Assembly: GCA_038046605.1 (NCBI GenBank)
Contig: JBBSVW010000061.1
Coordinates: 1 to 10,716 of the forward strand
Length of the DNA stretch: 10,716 bases
Direction: 5' to 3'
From: Candidatus Micrarchaeota archaeon
GTDB taxonomy: Archaea > Micrarchaeota > Micrarchaeia > Norongarragalinales > SBBD01
The notes under the pieces are model-generated. The model saw only the letters and a program-made list of their open reading frames with translations. It did no database searches and had not been told where the DNA came from. Position numbers and translations under genes: made by a program. Positions 9,039 to 10,716 of the stretch are shown here, in pieces. Positions within the stretch are counted from its first letter, which is position 1. Each line of letters starts with the position of its first letter.

Positions 9039-9121
9039 GGACTTCTTTTTCTTCCCGAATAAAAAGAACTCCACTAGAAAAAGAAGGGAGTGTTAAGGAA
9101 AAGGAAAAGGAAGTCGTGAAC
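9039..9121 (+). other. tRNA intron 1 (83 nt, anticodon loop, probably 38/39)
   Basis: Central helix TCAC (9033-36) / GTGA (9116-19), bulge AC^G, closing stem GACTTCTTTTTCT (9040-52) / GGAAAAGGAAGTC (9103-15), 3' site AC^A in a relaxed loop. Sequence alone also allows 36/37 or 37/38, with an identical spliced product. Confidence 0.85.
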
Positions 9122-9142
9122 ACTGAAGAACCGGAGTCCGAT

Positions 9143-9227
9143 TGCCTTGCCTTTCTTTTCCAAAAGAAAGGCGATGGCGCCGCGAAAGAAAAGGATTTTG
9201 CGGCTCCGCCAATTAAAGGCAAGGAAA
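9143..9227 (+). other. tRNA intron 2 (85 nt, T loop, probably 59/60)
   Basis: TCC (9137-39) / GGA (9223-25) helix with 3-nt bulge AA^T next to the T stem; closing stem TGCCTT (9143-48) / AAGGCA (9216-21); two internal hairpins (9149-9172 and 9175-9211). The junction is uncertain by 1-3 nt. Confidence 0.82.
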
Positions 9228-9399
9228 TCTCCGCGGGCCCAATTGACACCCCTAGGGGGGAAGGATTCCCCCCTACTCGTGTTACGCAGACTTGGGATCT
9301 GCTAATGTCCGAATTGGCTTTCAATTCGTACATCGCCTCTACCCCCTTTCTTTGATTGGGAGGATAAATTGGGAAATAAAAATTAATTTGGTGGTTTGC

Positions 9400-9786
9400 A
9401 TGGTAAAATGGGATTTTAGGAAGGCAAACAAGCCGATCCTGATCGTATCTTTTTTTGTTGTTCTGGCTGCGATCATATTCATTGCCATCATGGCAAAGGG
9501 ATATTTCGAGATGCAAAACGATGCCAGGGGCGCGCCTTGTGACAAGCTGCCCACGTTCATTTCCGCCAAAATCATGCTTGAAGAGAACATGAATGTGGTG
9601 TTCAAAATCGAAAAGATCGGCGGAACAATAATCGTAGAGGAGGAAAAGCTAGCGGATGGGACGCAAAGGTGCCCCGGAAAAGCCGACTTTGCAATTTACT
9701 ATGGGACGGATTCACAGCGCACGCAGATTAAAGCGCTCATCGGCGATAAATTCTACGGAATCCCATATAGGATGTATAACACATAG
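9400..9786 (+). CDS. Hypothetical single-TM membrane-anchored protein (128 aa)
   Basis: ATG 9400 is preceded by SD-like GGTGG. N-terminal TM ILIVSFFVVLAAIIFIAIMA, two Cys (PCDKLP, RCPGKAD), C-terminal FYGIPYR. The track's extension to 9292 overlaps the tRNA trailer and is unlikely. Confidence 0.8.
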   Translation: MVKWDFRKANKPILIVSFFVVLAAIIFIAIMAKGYFEMQNDARGAPCDKLPTFISAKIMLEENMNVVFKIEKIGGTIIVEEEKLADGTQRCPGKADFAIYYGTDSQRTQIKALIGDKFYGIPYRMYNT

Positions 9787-9793
9787 CGGTAAT

Positions 9794-10081
9794 ATGAAAA
9801 TCGCCTCGCCGATCACAGAAGAAAACCTCGACCTATTCGCACTTAATTTGAAAGCGAATGCATTGAACCATAGTGTATATAAAAAATACATCCTCAATGT
9901 CGAAGAGGGTCAAAGCCATATGTATTCCAAAGAAGGTAAGAGGCAGTTGCACGTTTTTAGGCATTTCCATTTCCGGGGCCATACCCCAACGGAAATACTG
10001 AACAGCTTTCGCGAATTTGCAAATAGTAAAATCGGGAGGCCTTTCCTACGCTTGGTAATGCTAAATATAGCCATTAGCTAG
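9794..10081 (+). CDS. Hypothetical protein (95 aa), possibly a disrupted longer gene
   Basis: ATG 7 nt after the previous stop: MKIASPITEENLDLFALNLKANAL... No recognised motif. A shifted frame continues ELSQEIIARLRTHPV... to 10170. Confidence 0.45.
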   Translation: MKIASPITEENLDLFALNLKANALNHSVYKKYILNVEEGQSHMYSKEGKRQLHVFRHFHFRGHTPTEILNSFREFANSKIGRPFLRLVMLNIAIS

Positions 10082-10230
10082 AACTTTCCCAGGAAATTAT
10101 TGCCAGGTTAAGGACCCATCCTGTTAGGGGTAGCGTTGTAAGCCTGGTTTTGATCCGCACTTTCAAATAATGGAAAGAAATGTTCCAGATTAACCAATAT
10201 TAGACACTACCGATTTCCTCATTTTGCGGC

Positions 10231-10467
10231 TCAATTCGCGAGGATTCGGAATACGGATTCAGTCTCATTGTAAATAGTCGGCATCTCCTCCAGAACCGGC
10301 TCCAATCCCTTCGCCCGGAGCTTTGCCTCCAAATCCTCCATCCGCTCGTGCTTGGCATAAAAAAACGTCCAGTACTCCTCGCACACCCGGACCATTCCAT
10401 TAGCCGTTTTGAGCCAGAGGTAAATGGAGTTCCCTACCGGCTGCGCATCAAAGAGGAAGGCTTTCAT
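10231..10467 (-). pseudogene. N-terminal remnant of a family-B (PolB2-like) DNA polymerase
   Basis: MKAFLFDAQP.GNSIYLWLKT..G.......YW.FFYA resembles, from memory, the N-terminus of archaeal PolB2-type proteins (..LFD.YP....M.LW......F.P.FY). It stops after 78 aa with no exonuclease or polymerase motifs downstream. Confidence 0.6.
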
Positions 10468-10716
10468 GCTAAGGGGGTAAGATTAGGGAAATAAATGCCA
10501 AGTGAGGGGTGGTTTCCGGTGGAATGTGATGCCATTTAGAGGAATTTCGAAATAACGACAAAAAAGGTGGCACAAAGTAAGTTACAACTAAACTACCTCT
10601 AAATTCCCAAAATAATAGTGCCTAATATTATTACCCTTACTTCTAATACTATCAAATGGTATACTATAGTTAGAGGTTAAAATATTGGAACATTTTAGTC
10701 AAATTTTTTGACCGGG

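Larger units (their letters stand above)
9002..9241 (+). tRNA. tRNA-Val(CAC) with two introns; exons approx. 9002-9038, 9122-9142, 9228-9241 (72 nt mature, CCA not encoded)
   Basis: Acceptor GGGCTCG (9002-8) / CGGGCCC (9234-40) plus A73; U8A9; D arm GTCG-AGTGGTA-AGAC; anticodon stem TCAGT (9027-31) / ACTGA (9122-26) with loop TT-CAC-AC; variable loop AGAAC; T stem CGGAG (9132-36) / CTCCG (9229-33). The cloverleaf is complete once the 83-nt and 85-nt inserts are removed. Confidence 0.93.

Noticed and set aside
9039-9328. C/D or H/ACA guide RNA, SRP RNA or RNase P RNA in the introns or trailer
   Set aside because: I found no C/D boxes, K-turn with properly placed ACA, SRP helix 8 motif or RNase P P4 consensus by eye.
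8980-9516. ORFs 8980..9516 (-), 9116..9355 (+), 9339..9605 (-) and the 9292 extension of the downstream gene
   Set aside because: They overlie the intron-containing tRNA, its trailer or the real 9400 gene, and their translations are low-complexity with no motifs.
10577-10593. GTAAGTTACAA resembles GTGAGTTACAA at 31-41
   Set aside because: A 10/11 match between two sites in 10 kb is expected by chance, and no further shared context is convincing.
1-10716. CRISPR array, transposase or integrase
   Set aside because: No regularly spaced repeats and no recombinase or transposase motifs are seen in the window.

Overview
Archaeal chromosomal window. The gene content, TATA-type promoters and class III signal peptide point to archaea; DPANN/Micrarchaeota-like is my inference. 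In order: 3' part of a disrupted PIN-domain gene (+), smc (-), an APC amino-acid permease (-), a membrane-anchored protein with two PepSY-like repeats (+), a TtuA/NcsA-family tRNA thiolase with a long C-terminal insert (+) coupled to an EamA/DMT transporter (+), and two small membrane peptides (-). The main find is hidden under spurious ORFs: a tRNA-Val(CAC) gene at 9002-9241 split into three exons by two large, highly base-paired introns (83 and 85 nt) at non-canonical positions, about 38/39 and 59/60. It has an atypical C55 and is followed by a multi-hairpin trailer. Downstream lies an accessory, decaying region: a membrane-anchored hypothetical, a probably broken ORF, an N-terminal family-B DNA polymerase-like remnant and an AT-rich tract with inverted repeats.
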